Assembly (NCBI GenBank): GCA_963851265.1
Contig: CAWKNZ010000006.1
Span: forward strand, 64,001 to 128,000
Source of the DNA: an uncultured Gemmatimonadales bacterium
Lineage (GTDB): Bacteria; Gemmatimonadota; Gemmatimonadetes; Gemmatimonadales; Gemmatimonadaceae
Length of the DNA: 64,000 nucleotides
Reading direction: 5' to 3'
Below the pieces are notes generated by a model. The model was not told the DNA's origin and did no database searches. It saw nothing but the letters and a program-made list of their open reading frames with translations. Numbering within the stretch: the first letter of the stretch is position 1; each line of letters opens with the position of its first letter. This document shows, piece after piece, positions 10,197-18,989 of this stretch. A program made the position numbers and the translations under genes.

Positions 10197-11549
10197 GTGT
10201 CGCCTCGCCATCCGCTCCGCGCTCTCGCCCGACACACGTTCGCCGCCGCAGTCGTGCTCAGCGCCGGCACCGCGGTCCGGCTCACGGCCCAACCGCCGCG
10301 GGCGCCCGGGGCCCCCGACACGAGCACGACGCTGCTCGTCCCCGCGCGCGTGTTCGACGCCCCCGCCGGCGTGTCGCGCCCGGGGTGGGTCGTGCTCGTG
10401 CGGGGCGGGCTCATCAGCGCCGTGGGCCCGCGGGCGAGCGTCCCGGTCCCGCCGGGAACGCGCGAGATCGACCTGCCCGAGTCGACGCTGCTCCCGGGAC
10501 TCATCGAGGGGCACTCGCACCTGCTGTTGCATCCGTACGCCGAAACGCCGTGGAACGACCAGGTACTGCACGAGTCGCTCGCGCTGCGCGTGGCGCGCGC
10601 GACCGTCGCCGCGCGGCGCACGCTCGCCGCGGGGTTCACGACGGTGCGCGACCTCGGCACCGAGGGGGCGGGCGACGCGGACGTCGGGATCAAGCAGGCG
10701 ATCGCGCAGGGCATCATCCCCGGGCCGCGCGTGCTCACCGTCACGCGGGCCATCGTCGCCACGGGCAGCTACGGCCCGACCGGCTTCGACCCCCGTTGGG
10801 ACGTGCCGCAGGGCGCGCAGGAGGCCAGCGGGGTCGAGGGCGTCACGCTCGCCGTGCGCGAGCAGATCAAGCACGGCGCGGACTGGATCAAGGTTTACGC
10901 AGACTATCGGTGGGGTCCGCACGGCGAGGCCGCGCCCACGTTCACCGAAGAAGAGCTGCGCGCCGCGGTGGCCGCCGCGCGCTCGTCCGGGCGCGACGTG
11001 GCCGCGCACGCCGCGACCACCGAGGGCGTGCGACGCGCGGTGCTCGCGGGCGTGACGACCATCGAGCACGCCGACTCGGTGACGCCGGAGGTGTTCCGGC
11101 TCATGGCCGCGCGCGGCGTGGCGCTCTGCCCGACGCTCTCGGTGAGCGAGCTCGGGTACCTGACGCACGGGTGGCGGAAGGGGATCGATCCGATGCCCGC
11201 GTCGGTCGCGCTCAAGCACCGGACGTTCGCGGCCGCGCGCGCCGCCGGTGTCACGATCTGCAACGGGAGCGACGTCGGCCCGTACCCGCACGGCGACAAC
11301 GCGCGCGAGCTGGAGTTGCTCGTCGAATACGGCATGACGCCCGCGCAGGCGCTGCAGGCGGCGACGGTGGTCGACGCGCGCGTGCTGCACCTGCCCGACC
11401 GCGGGGTGATCGCGCCCGGGCTGCTGGCAGACCTCGTCGCGGTGGCCGGCGACCCGACGCGCGACATCCACGCGGTCCGGCAGGTGCGTCTGGTGATGAA
11501 GGGCGGCGTGGCGGTGCCGCCGGACGAGGGCGCGGACGGCGCGCGGTAG
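10197..11549 (+). CDS. Secreted metal-dependent amidohydrolase (Xaa-Pro dipeptidase-like)
   Basis: [26 protein letters not shown] and GSD metal ligands; signal peptide. Confidence 0.88.
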   Translation: MSPRHPLRALARHTFAAAVVLSAGTAVRLTAQPPRAPGAPDTSTTLLVPARVFDAPAGVSRPGWVVLVRGGLISAVGPRASVPVPPGTREIDLPESTLLPGLIEGHSHLLLHPYAETPWNDQVLHESLALRVARATVAARRTLAAGFTTVRDLGTEGAGDADVGIKQAIAQGIIPGPRVLTVTRAIVATGSYGPTGFDPRWDVPQGAQEASGVEGVTLAVREQIKHGADWIKVYADYRWGPHGEAAPTFTEEELRAAVAAARSSGRDVAAHAATTEGVRRAVLAGVTTIEHADSVTPEVFRLMAARGVALCPTLSVSELGYLTHGWRKGIDPMPASVALKHRTFAAARAAGVTICNGSDVGPYPHGDNARELELLVEYGMTPAQALQAATVVDARVLHLPDRGVIAPGLLADLVAVAGDPTRDIHAVRQVRLVMKGGVAVPPDEGADGAR

Positions 11550-11659
11550 GCGGCCCGCGTTAGGCGGCTCTCGTTAGGCCGCGCGCGTCAGGCAGTCCTC
11601 GACCGCCGCCTTCCGTCCCCGATCGGCCGCGGGACGGTCACCCCATCACCCGCCTGATC

Positions 11660-14161
11660 ATGCGCCTCACGCCCCGCCGCCCGGCAGCCGCGCGCCTCTC
11701 GCGCGCCCTCGCCCTGGGCGCCGCGGCCGTCACGCTCGCCGTCGCGCCCGGCGCGCGCGCGCAGGCGCCGCGCGGGTTCGGGGGCGCGCCGCGCGCGCGC
11801 TGGATCGCCCCCCCGGGCGTGCCGCCGGACAGCTTCGTCGTCTTCCACGCCCGGCGCACGCTCGACCTGCCGGAGCGGCCGGCGCACTTCGTCGTCCACG
11901 TGTCGGCCGACAACCGCTACCGCCTGTACGTCAACGGCGTGGACGTGGCCACGGGGCCGCAGCGGTCCGACGTGGCACACTGGCGCTACGAGACGGTGGA
12001 CCTCGCGCCGCGCCTGCGTGCCGGCCGAAACGTGATCGCCGCCGTGGTGTGGAGCCTCGGATACGCCCGCCCCGTGGCCCAGTTCAGCCACCGCGCCGGC
12101 TTCGTGCTGCAGGGGGACGGTCCCATCGAGGCCGCGCTGGTGAACACCGGACCCGGGTGGCGCCTGCTGCGCGACTCGGCGTACGCGCCGCTCGTGGTCA
12201 CGAGTGCGATGCTCCGCGGGTACTACGCGGCCGTGCCGGGCGAGGCCGTGGACGGCGCTCGCTACCCGTGGGGGTGGGAGTCGCCCGGCTACGACGACGC
12301 CCGATGGGCGGTCGTCGGCCCCGCGTCGGCGCCGGCCGGCGGCATCGCGGCGCCGCTCGCCGCGTTCGACGTCCCGCCGGGCAGCGCCGTGGTGGGCACC
12401 CTCGCCCTGCGCGGCGACGCGGGCGCCGGCGGCGAGGTGATCGGCTGGCAGCTCGCCCCGCGCGAGCTGCCGCCGATGGACGAGGTGCCGGAGCGCTTCG
12501 CGGCCGTTAGGCGCACCACCGGGCTGCCGCCTGAAGCGCGCGCCGACGCGCCGCTCCGCGGCGCGGGCGACCTCGTCATCCCGCCGCGCGCGCGGGTCAC
12601 GGTGCTCCTCGACGAGGGCCGCACCACGAACGCCTACCCCGTCGTGACGGTGAGCGGCGGGGCCGGGAGCGTGATGGGGCTGACGTACGCCGAGGCGCTT
12701 GTGGACGCGCGCGGACAGAAGGGACACCGCGACAGCGTGTCCGGGCGCGCCGTACGCGGCGTGCGCGACGAGTTCCGCCCCGACGGCGGCGCGCGCCGCA
12801 CCTTCCGTCCCCTGTGGTGGCGCTCGTACCGCTACGCGGAGCTCGAGGTGCGCACGGGCGACGCCGCGCTCGTCGTGCACGACGTACACGGCGTGTTCAC
12901 GGGCTACCCGCTGCGCGAGCGCGCTCGCTTCGCCGGCGACCTGCCGTGGCTGGCCGACGTCTGGCGCATGAACTGGAACGGCGTGCGGCTCGGGGCCTTC
13001 GAGACGTACATGGACACCCCCTACTGGGAGCAGCTGCAGTACGTGGGCGACACGCGGGTCCAGGCGCTCCTCTCGCTCTACCTGAGCGGCGACGACCGAC
13101 TCGTGCGGCAGGCGGTCGAGGCGTTCGATGCATCGCGTGCGCCCGACGGGCTGACCACCAGCCGGTACCCGTCGGTCATCCCGCAGCGGATCCCGCCGTT
13201 CTCGCTGATCTACGTGCTGATGGTGGACGACTACCTCCGGCACCGCGACGACCCGGCGTTCGTGCGCGCGCGCCTGGCCGGCGTGCGCGGGGTGCTCGAC
13301 TGGTACGCCGACCGCGTCGACACCACCGGGCTGCTCGGCCCGACGCCGCACTGGAACTACCTCGACTGGGCACGTGGATGGAACGCCGGCGTGCCGCCCG
13401 GCGCGGAAGACGGGCACTCCGTCCCGCTCACCCTGCTCTACGCCCACGCGCTGCGGCGCGCCGCGGCTGTGGAGGACGACGTCGGCATCCCGGGTGTGGC
13501 GGTGGCCTACCGCGCGCGCGCCGACGCGCTCGCGGCCGCGGCCCGCCGCCGCGCGTGGAACCCGGCGCGTGGGCTCTTCCGCGACGTGCCGGGCGGCGAG
13601 CGCGGGGACACGTCGTACAGCCAGCACGCCAACGCGCTCGCCGTGCTCGCCGGCGCGGTACCGGCGGCGGAGCGGCGGGCCGTGATGGGGCGCGTGCTCG
13701 ACGACACGACGCTCGTTCAGGCCACGTACTACTTCGGCTTCTACGTGTTCGAGGCGATGCGTGAGGCGGGGCTCGGCGACCGCTACGTCGAGCGCCTCGG
13801 GCCCTGGCGCGCGATGTTGGCGCGAGGCCTGACGTCCACCCCGGAGACCCCCGATCCGACGCGCTCCGATACGCACGCCTGGGCGGCGCACCCCAACTAC
13901 GGCCTGCTCGCCACGGTGCTGGGCGTTCGGCCGGCGAGTGCCGGATTCCGCACCGTCCGCATCGCGCCCGCGCTCGGCCCGCTGCGTCATGCCGAGGGTG
14001 TCGTGCCGCACCCACGCGGCGAGATCGTGGCGCGGCTGGACCGCGCGGGCGCGCGCGGACTGCACGCCGAGGTCACGCTTCCGCCCGGGGTCGCGGGAAC
14101 ACTAGAGTGGGACGGCCGACGCGTCCCCCTGCGCGCGGGTCGTCAGGTGGTCACGATGTGA
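11660..14161 (+). CDS. Secreted alpha-L-rhamnosidase, GH78-like
   Basis: SADNRYRLYVNG, MDTPYWEQLQYVGD, RSDTHAWAAHP; signal peptide. Confidence 0.85.
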   Translation: MRLTPRRPAAARLSRALALGAAAVTLAVAPGARAQAPRGFGGAPRARWIAPPGVPPDSFVVFHARRTLDLPERPAHFVVHVSADNRYRLYVNGVDVATGPQRSDVAHWRYETVDLAPRLRAGRNVIAAVVWSLGYARPVAQFSHRAGFVLQGDGPIEAALVNTGPGWRLLRDSAYAPLVVTSAMLRGYYAAVPGEAVDGARYPWGWESPGYDDARWAVVGPASAPAGGIAAPLAAFDVPPGSAVVGTLALRGDAGAGGEVIGWQLAPRELPPMDEVPERFAAVRRTTGLPPEARADAPLRGAGDLVIPPRARVTVLLDEGRTTNAYPVVTVSGGAGSVMGLTYAEALVDARGQKGHRDSVSGRAVRGVRDEFRPDGGARRTFRPLWWRSYRYAELEVRTGDAALVVHDVHGVFTGYPLRERARFAGDLPWLADVWRMNWNGVRLGAFETYMDTPYWEQLQYVGDTRVQALLSLYLSGDDRLVRQAVEAFDASRAPDGLTTSRYPSVIPQRIPPFSLIYVLMVDDYLRHRDDPAFVRARLAGVRGVLDWYADRVDTTGLLGPTPHWNYLDWARGWNAGVPPGAEDGHSVPLTLLYAHALRRAAAVEDDVGIPGVAVAYRARADALAAAARRRAWNPARGLFRDVPGGERGDTSYSQHANALAVLAGAVPAAERRAVMGRVLDDTTLVQATYYFGFYVFEAMREAGLGDRYVERLGPWRAMLARGLTSTPETPDPTRSDTHAWAAHPNYGLLATVLGVRPASAGFRTVRIAPALGPLRHAEGVVPHPRGEIVARLDRAGARGLHAEVTLPPGVAGTLEWDGRRVPLRAGRQVVTM

Positions 14162-14272
14162 CGTGTGGCAGCGTGAGGGCGCCGTCGTCATTCCTCCCCA
14201 CCGTCGCCCCGGTTCTTCGCCGCGCTTCGCCGCAATCCAGCCCGTGCCGCGGGCCCGTACGGCGGGCTCGCG

Positions 14273-15232
14273 TCAGAATCCGGAGCGCATCGTGAAGACG
14301 AACGGCTGTCGCACCGTGACGCCGACGGGATGTTCGGCGAGCTGCGCGGGGACGAAGTGGAGCCGCGGCAACACCGTTCGCACCGCGTCGGTGAAGAGCG
14401 TGTTCGTGCTCTCGACCACCTGAAGTGTGGCGAGGTCGACGACCCCCGTGCTGTCGATGCGGAATTCCACGATGACGCGCCCGCCGACGTGCGCGTGCGC
14501 GAGCGCCGTCGGGTAGCGCGGCGGCGGGTTGCCGACGATCGGGATCGGCAGGTCGTGCAGGTGCACGTCGGAACTGACGAGCGTCAGCGAACCGCCCGTG
14601 CGCGCGAGCACGTCGGACATCAGCCCCGACGTCGGCATCGGCACGAAGTCCTCCGGGCGCGTGACGCGCCGCGCGAGGTCGGGTGCGGCCGACACGACGC
14701 CGGCCACGAGCAGCGTCGCCGCCGGATCGGGCAGCAGCAGCTCGCGCAGTGCCGCCGTGCGCAGGTGCAGCGACGTCGCCGTCCGACGCACGCCCGCCTG
14801 GCGCAGCGCGCGGGAGGGCAGCGGGTCGGCCGTCTCGTCGATGGCCTTGGCGACGTCGCGCAGCCCGTTCGCCCCACTTCCCCGCGCGCGCGGCCCGATG
14901 GCGGCGCGCCCAGCGGGCCCGCGCTCCACGACCGGCAACCCTGTCGCGGGCGCGTCGGCGCGCCCGGGGACCACGTAGGCGAGCGGCGGGGGCGCACTCG
15001 GCCGGCGCGCGGATCGTACCACCCCCGTGCCCGAGCGGACGCCCACCCAGTGCAGGCGTTCGGTGCTCCCTGCCCCGAGTCCCCCAGCAGCCCGCCCGGG
15101 CATGTTGGTCCGCTCGGACCCACCACTGCCCACGGCGACGGCGAACAGGGCGGCGTGCGCCGTCAGACTGAGGCACGTGCCGGCGAAGGGCACGGGCTGC
15201 GGGCGCTGTGGCGCCAGAACGCGCATGATCAT
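14273..15232 (-). CDS. TonB-family protein (N-terminal anchor, TonB_C domain)
   Basis: SLTAH anchor helix; C-terminal PRYP..GRVIVEFRIDSTGVV..FVPA..V.QPFVF. Confidence 0.75.
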   Translation of the reverse strand: MIMRVLAPQRPQPVPFAGTCLSLTAHAALFAVAVGSGGSERTNMPGRAAGGLGAGSTERLHWVGVRSGTGVVRSARRPSAPPPLAYVVPGRADAPATGLPVVERGPAGRAAIGPRARGSGANGLRDVAKAIDETADPLPSRALRQAGVRRTATSLHLRTAALRELLLPDPAATLLVAGVVSAAPDLARRVTRPEDFVPMPTSGLMSDVLARTGGSLTLVSSDVHLHDLPIPIVGNPPPRYPTALAHAHVGGRVIVEFRIDSTGVVDLATLQVVESTNTLFTDAVRTVLPRLHFVPAQLAEHPVGVTVRQPFVFTMRSGF

Positions 15233-15270
15233 TGAGACTTCGCTCCAAAGCCGTTCCGAATTCCACGGAA

Positions 15271-15301
15271 GACACCTGACATATGACATGCGACGCGCGA
15301 C
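15271..15301. repeat. Five GAC-N4 heptads at exact 7-bp period
   Basis: GAC at 15271, 15278, 15285, 15292 and 15299, in an AT-richer patch upstream of the TonB gene. Confidence 0.45.
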
Positions 15302-15655
15302 CGCGCCAGCCCTGCCCCGTCGCCCGCGCCAACAACGCGACCAACGCGTGACGCCCGCTGCACGCTCGATGGGGGCCTGAGGCGGCGGCATCGTACGCCG
15401 CGCGCCCAACGTCCTCGCGGCTTCCTCGCGCGGCCACCGTTTCTACATTCCCCCCACCTCGTGGGCCCCACTCCCTCTCCTGTCCGAGCCAGCCATGTTC
15501 GCGATTTCGTGGCGCGTGGCCGTGTGCGCAGCCATGCCCGTGCTCCAAGCTCCTCATCCCGCTCGGGAGGGCCGACGAGTGGCAGCCCGACTCGCGGATG
15601 GCGCGCTCGGTCCGGACGCGCGAGGGCGTCGAACCGGCGTGGCATCGAGGCGCCC

Positions 15656-16591
15656 GTGACTCAGCGTCGGCCGACGCGCGCCGGCGCGCGGACGGCACCT
15701 GCGGCGGACGAGACGGCTGGTGCGGCTCCGGCCGGACCGCGTCTCGACGGCCGGCGCGCGCACGTGCTCGACCGCGCGGCGGAGTACGTGCGGCTCTCCG
15801 ACCAGGGTCTGACCGCGGCACAGATCGCACGGCGGCGGCGCAAGTCGCCCGCGCACGTCTCGATCCTGCTGCGCCTCGGACGCGCCCTCGTCGCGGTGCC
15901 CGAGGCGGAACGCGAGGCGCTCCGGTCGCCGCGCGTGACGTGGCGGTTGGTGCAACGCCTCGTCCGCATCGACGTCGACTCGGCGAGTCTGCGCAAGCAG
16001 TTGCGCGACGCGGTCGGCGGATTCAGCACGCACAACGTCGACGGTCGCCGCCGCCGGGCGCGGCGGACCGCGGGCGACGCGCCGCCCGCCACCACCGCTC
16101 CCGGCGTGGCCTGGGGATGGGACGCGACGTGGTTCGCCAACGACCCGACCGGCTACGCGGCGGCGCACCTGGCGCACCTGGCGCACGTGCACGCGGTGGT
16201 GGCCGGTCGCGCCGCCGACGCCGTGCGCCTGGCCGGCGGGACCGCCGCCGCGATCGACGCGGGCCAGAGCCTCCGCGGCCTGCAGCGGCGTCTGCGCCAG
16301 GCGACCGGACCGTCGGCGGGCGCGCCGAGCGCGGCCGAGCGGCAGGCGCTCGCGACGTTCGCGATCCTCGGACGCGCGCTGCGCGACGCCGAGTCGGCCG
16401 TCGCGGCGCTCGCTCCGACGGACGCCGTCCCGGCGGCGGGGGAGCCGGCGATTTCGCCCCCCGGCGACCCGAGCAACCCGTCCGCGGGCGACGCGTCGGG
16501 AGCCGAGCTGGCCCGCGCCGAGCTGGCCCGAGCCGAGCTGGCCCGAGCCGAGCTGGCGGCGGACCTCGCCGCCGATCTGGACGAGTCGTGA
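15656..16591 (+). CDS. ParB-like HTH protein lacking the N-terminal CTPase domain
   Basis: GTG start with GAGG upstream. GLTAAQIARRRRKSPAHVSILLRLG aligns by eye with the HTH of the adjacent ParB. Confidence 0.6.
   Translation: MTQRRPTRAGARTAPAADETAGAAPAGPRLDGRRAHVLDRAAEYVRLSDQGLTAAQIARRRRKSPAHVSILLRLGRALVAVPEAEREALRSPRVTWRLVQRLVRIDVDSASLRKQLRDAVGGFSTHNVDGRRRRARRTAGDAPPATTAPGVAWGWDATWFANDPTGYAAAHLAHLAHVHAVVAGRAADAVRLAGGTAAAIDAGQSLRGLQRRLRQATGPSAGAPSAAERQALATFAILGRALRDAESAVAALAPTDAVPAAGEPAISPPGDPSNPSAGDASGAELARAELARAELARAELAADLAADLDES
16502..16557 (+). repeat. 15-bp tandem repeat (AELAR, about 3.7 copies)
   Basis: GCCGAGCTGGCCCG(C/A) units at the 3' end of the ORF. Confidence 0.85.
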
Positions 16592-16666
16592 CCCTAGCGG
16601 GCGCGCCGTCGCCGGTCCGGCGCCCGCCCGCATGCGCAGACGGCCCCTGCCCCGCCCCGCGCGCGA

Positions 16667-17863
16667 TCAGCGTCGCGCGGTCCGCTCGAGGGCGCGGCGT
16701 GCGCGCGTGACCGCGTCGCGCTCGGCGCCTGTCCGTCCGTCCGTTTCGAGCCGGCGGAGCGCCTCGACCAGCCGCTCACGCTCGTGCTGGATGGCGCGCA
16801 CGAACCCGTCGACCACCGCGGCCGGGTCGGCACGCAGGTCCTGTTCGACCCAGCGCATGCGGAACGTGCGCCCGTTGCGGATCGCGCGTCCGTAGAACGG
16901 GGCCTGTTCGTCGGCGCGCGTGCGCGGGACCGGGGCGCGCGCCGGGCCGGCGCCGGTCCCGGACTCGTCGCGCGCACCGTTCACTGAGGCGTCGGCGTGC
17001 ACCGGGGCACGGGCCGCGCCGTCCGTCTCGCGCGTTTCAGCGCCCACCCCACTCGCGGCGGTGGCGAGCGCCTCTCGCAGGGCGGCCGTGCGCGCGGGCA
17101 CGTCGGGGAGCGCGCCTATGGTCTGGCACTGGCGCACCTGGAGTGCGCCGCGCCGCGCGAGGCGCGCCTGCTCGTCGGGGGCGAGGGCGTCGAACGCCTC
17201 GCCGACCTTCACCATGTAGCTGACATAGCCCTTGTCGCGGTGCAGCCGGCGTCCGATCTCGGAGATCGAGTCGCCGAACCCGTGCATGCGCCAGAGCGCG
17301 TGCGCGGTTTCGGCCGGGGTCATGTCCTCGCGGTTGAGGTTCTCCTCCACCTGGCGGGCGACGGCCTGTCGGTCGTCGAGGTCGCCGAGGTCGCGCACCG
17401 GGACCGTGGGAAGCGCGGCGCGCAGTGCGGCGCGCAGCCGGCCCTTGCCCGCGACGAGCACGAACTCGCGCTGCCCCGTGGGCCCGTGGCTGCGCACCCA
17501 GATCGGCGTGTCGATCTCGCCGCGCGCGCGCACGGCGGCGACGAGGCGTTCGAACTCCTCGCCCTGCTCGTCCCACTCGCGGATGTACGGGCCGCGCTCG
17601 ACGACGCGCCGCGGGTCGAGGTCGAACACGTCGCGGCGCGTGCGGCGGTCGCCTCGCTCGGCGGTGGCCGGGTGCTGCGCGAGTTGGCCGCCCGGAACAC
17701 GTCCGCCCTCCCCGCTGCCCTGCCCAGCCGCGCGGTCGCGCGCGGCGGGCGTCTCCGACGGCTCGCCCGCACGGGCGCCCTCGGGCGGACCCGGGCGCCG
17801 GAAGATCAACGCGCCGACCTCGGCGATGTCGGCGCTCCGCTCGCGCCGTCCCGCCTTAGCCAC
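16667..17863 (-). CDS. parB: ParB/RepB/Spo0J partition protein
   Basis: GEIDTPIWVR, LVAGKGRLRAA, EENLNREDM, then an HTH; overlaps the parA stop. Confidence 0.88.
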   Translation of the reverse strand: MAKAGRRERSADIAEVGALIFRRPGPPEGARAGEPSETPAARDRAAGQGSGEGGRVPGGQLAQHPATAERGDRRTRRDVFDLDPRRVVERGPYIREWDEQGEEFERLVAAVRARGEIDTPIWVRSHGPTGQREFVLVAGKGRLRAALRAALPTVPVRDLGDLDDRQAVARQVEENLNREDMTPAETAHALWRMHGFGDSISEIGRRLHRDKGYVSYMVKVGEAFDALAPDEQARLARRGALQVRQCQTIGALPDVPARTAALREALATAASGVGAETRETDGAARAPVHADASVNGARDESGTGAGPARAPVPRTRADEQAPFYGRAIRNGRTFRMRWVEQDLRADPAAVVDGFVRAIQHERERLVEALRRLETDGRTGAERDAVTRARRALERTARR

Positions 17864-18866
17864 GGCGCGTCACCCCGGCCGCGCGCTTCGGCGCCGGCGT
17901 GGATGGGGACTTCGAGGCCGGCGTTGCGGTCGGGGCCGGCGCGGGCGCCGGCGTCGGGGCCGCGTTGTGCGGCACAACGCGCGCGCCCGCTGATGACGCA
18001 TTCTGTGGTGCACCCGGCGGCGCGCTCGGTCGTGCGGCGGGGGAGCGGCCGGCGCTCGGGCGCGTGACGCTCGGCCGCGCGCGGCGGGGCACGCCGAGTT
18101 GGGCGAGCACGCGCGCGGCAATGTCGCGGTAGCTACGCCGGGCGTCGGGCGGTGCGCCGGCGAAGAACTCGATCGGCGTCGCGAGCCGCGCGGCCTCCTT
18201 GATCGCCGTGCGTTGCGGGATCACGGCGAGGATCTCGCCGCCGAACTGCTGCGTGTACATCGTGACGAACCCCTCGTCTTCGGCCGTCGGCCGCACGTTG
18301 TTGACGACCACGCCGAGCCGCCGCAGGTCCGGGTTGATGTGCTGGGCGACGCGGTCGGCGGTCTCGAGGAAGGCGCCCATCCCGCGCGCGGAGAGGATGC
18401 CCGGCTCGCCGAGCAGGACGTAGCCGTCGGCGGCGCTGAGCGCGCAGTGGAGCCAGAGACCGAGCGACGGCGGCGTGTCGATCACGACGAGGTCGATGTC
18501 CTTGGGCACGCCGCCGATGAGCGTGAGGCGGGCGTCCTGCGCGATCTCGTCCCACTGCGCGGGGCCGACGTGCTTCTCATCGTGCGCCAGCTCGCCCGAT
18601 CCGGGCACGACGAGCAGGTCGGGGTGGAACGGCGACGCGACCATGACCTCGGCGGCCGGCCGCGGCTCCCAGAGCACGTCGCGGATCGAGGCGCGTGGCT
18701 GTGCCGCGTGCCCGAGCAGCACCGCGGTCGCGTCGCACTGCGGGTCGAGGTCGAGCACGAGCGTGCGCAGCGCGTACTGGCCGGCCACGGCCGCGGCGAG
18801 GTTCGTGGCGGTCGTGGTCTTACCGACGCCGCCTTTCTGGGTGACGACGGCGAGGACGCGGGCCAT
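17856..18866 (-). CDS. parA: ParA/Soj ATPase with low-complexity C-terminal tail
   Basis: QKGGVGKTT deviant Walker A, DLDPQ, IDTPP; ATG at 18866. Confidence 0.93.
   Translation of the reverse strand: MARVLAVVTQKGGVGKTTTATNLAAAVAGQYALRTLVLDLDPQCDATAVLLGHAAQPRASIRDVLWEPRPAAEVMVASPFHPDLLVVPGSGELAHDEKHVGPAQWDEIAQDARLTLIGGVPKDIDLVVIDTPPSLGLWLHCALSAADGYVLLGEPGILSARGMGAFLETADRVAQHINPDLRRLGVVVNNVRPTAEDEGFVTMYTQQFGGEILAVIPQRTAIKEAARLATPIEFFAGAPPDARRSYRDIAARVLAQLGVPRRARPSVTRPSAGRSPAARPSAPPGAPQNASSAGARVVPHNAAPTPAPAPAPTATPASKSPSTPAPKRAAGVTRRG
17961..17981. promoter_or_regulatory. Palindrome CGCGTTGTGC-G-GCACAACGCG, candidate parS
   Basis: Perfect 10-bp arms inside the parA tail; same 17-bp core as 18899-18923. 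Confidence 0.65.
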
Positions 18867-18898
18867 CAGCGCGGGGGAGGGGCGAGAGGGGAACGGCC

Positions 18899-18923
18899 GG
18901 GCCGTTGTGCGGCACAACGGCCC
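18899..18923. promoter_or_regulatory. Palindrome GGGCCGTTGTGC-G-GCACAACGGCCC, candidate parS/operator
   Basis: Perfect 12-bp arms between the rep stop and the parA start. Confidence 0.68.
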
Positions 18924-18989
18924 CGCGCACGGCGGGTCGGCGGGAATCGCGCGGCGGCGCGGGTCGCGGGAACCGCGGGGATCGGGACG

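Noticed and set aside
17997..18015. Third parS copy in the parA tail
   Set aside because: Only about 11 of 17 positions match and it is not palindromic.
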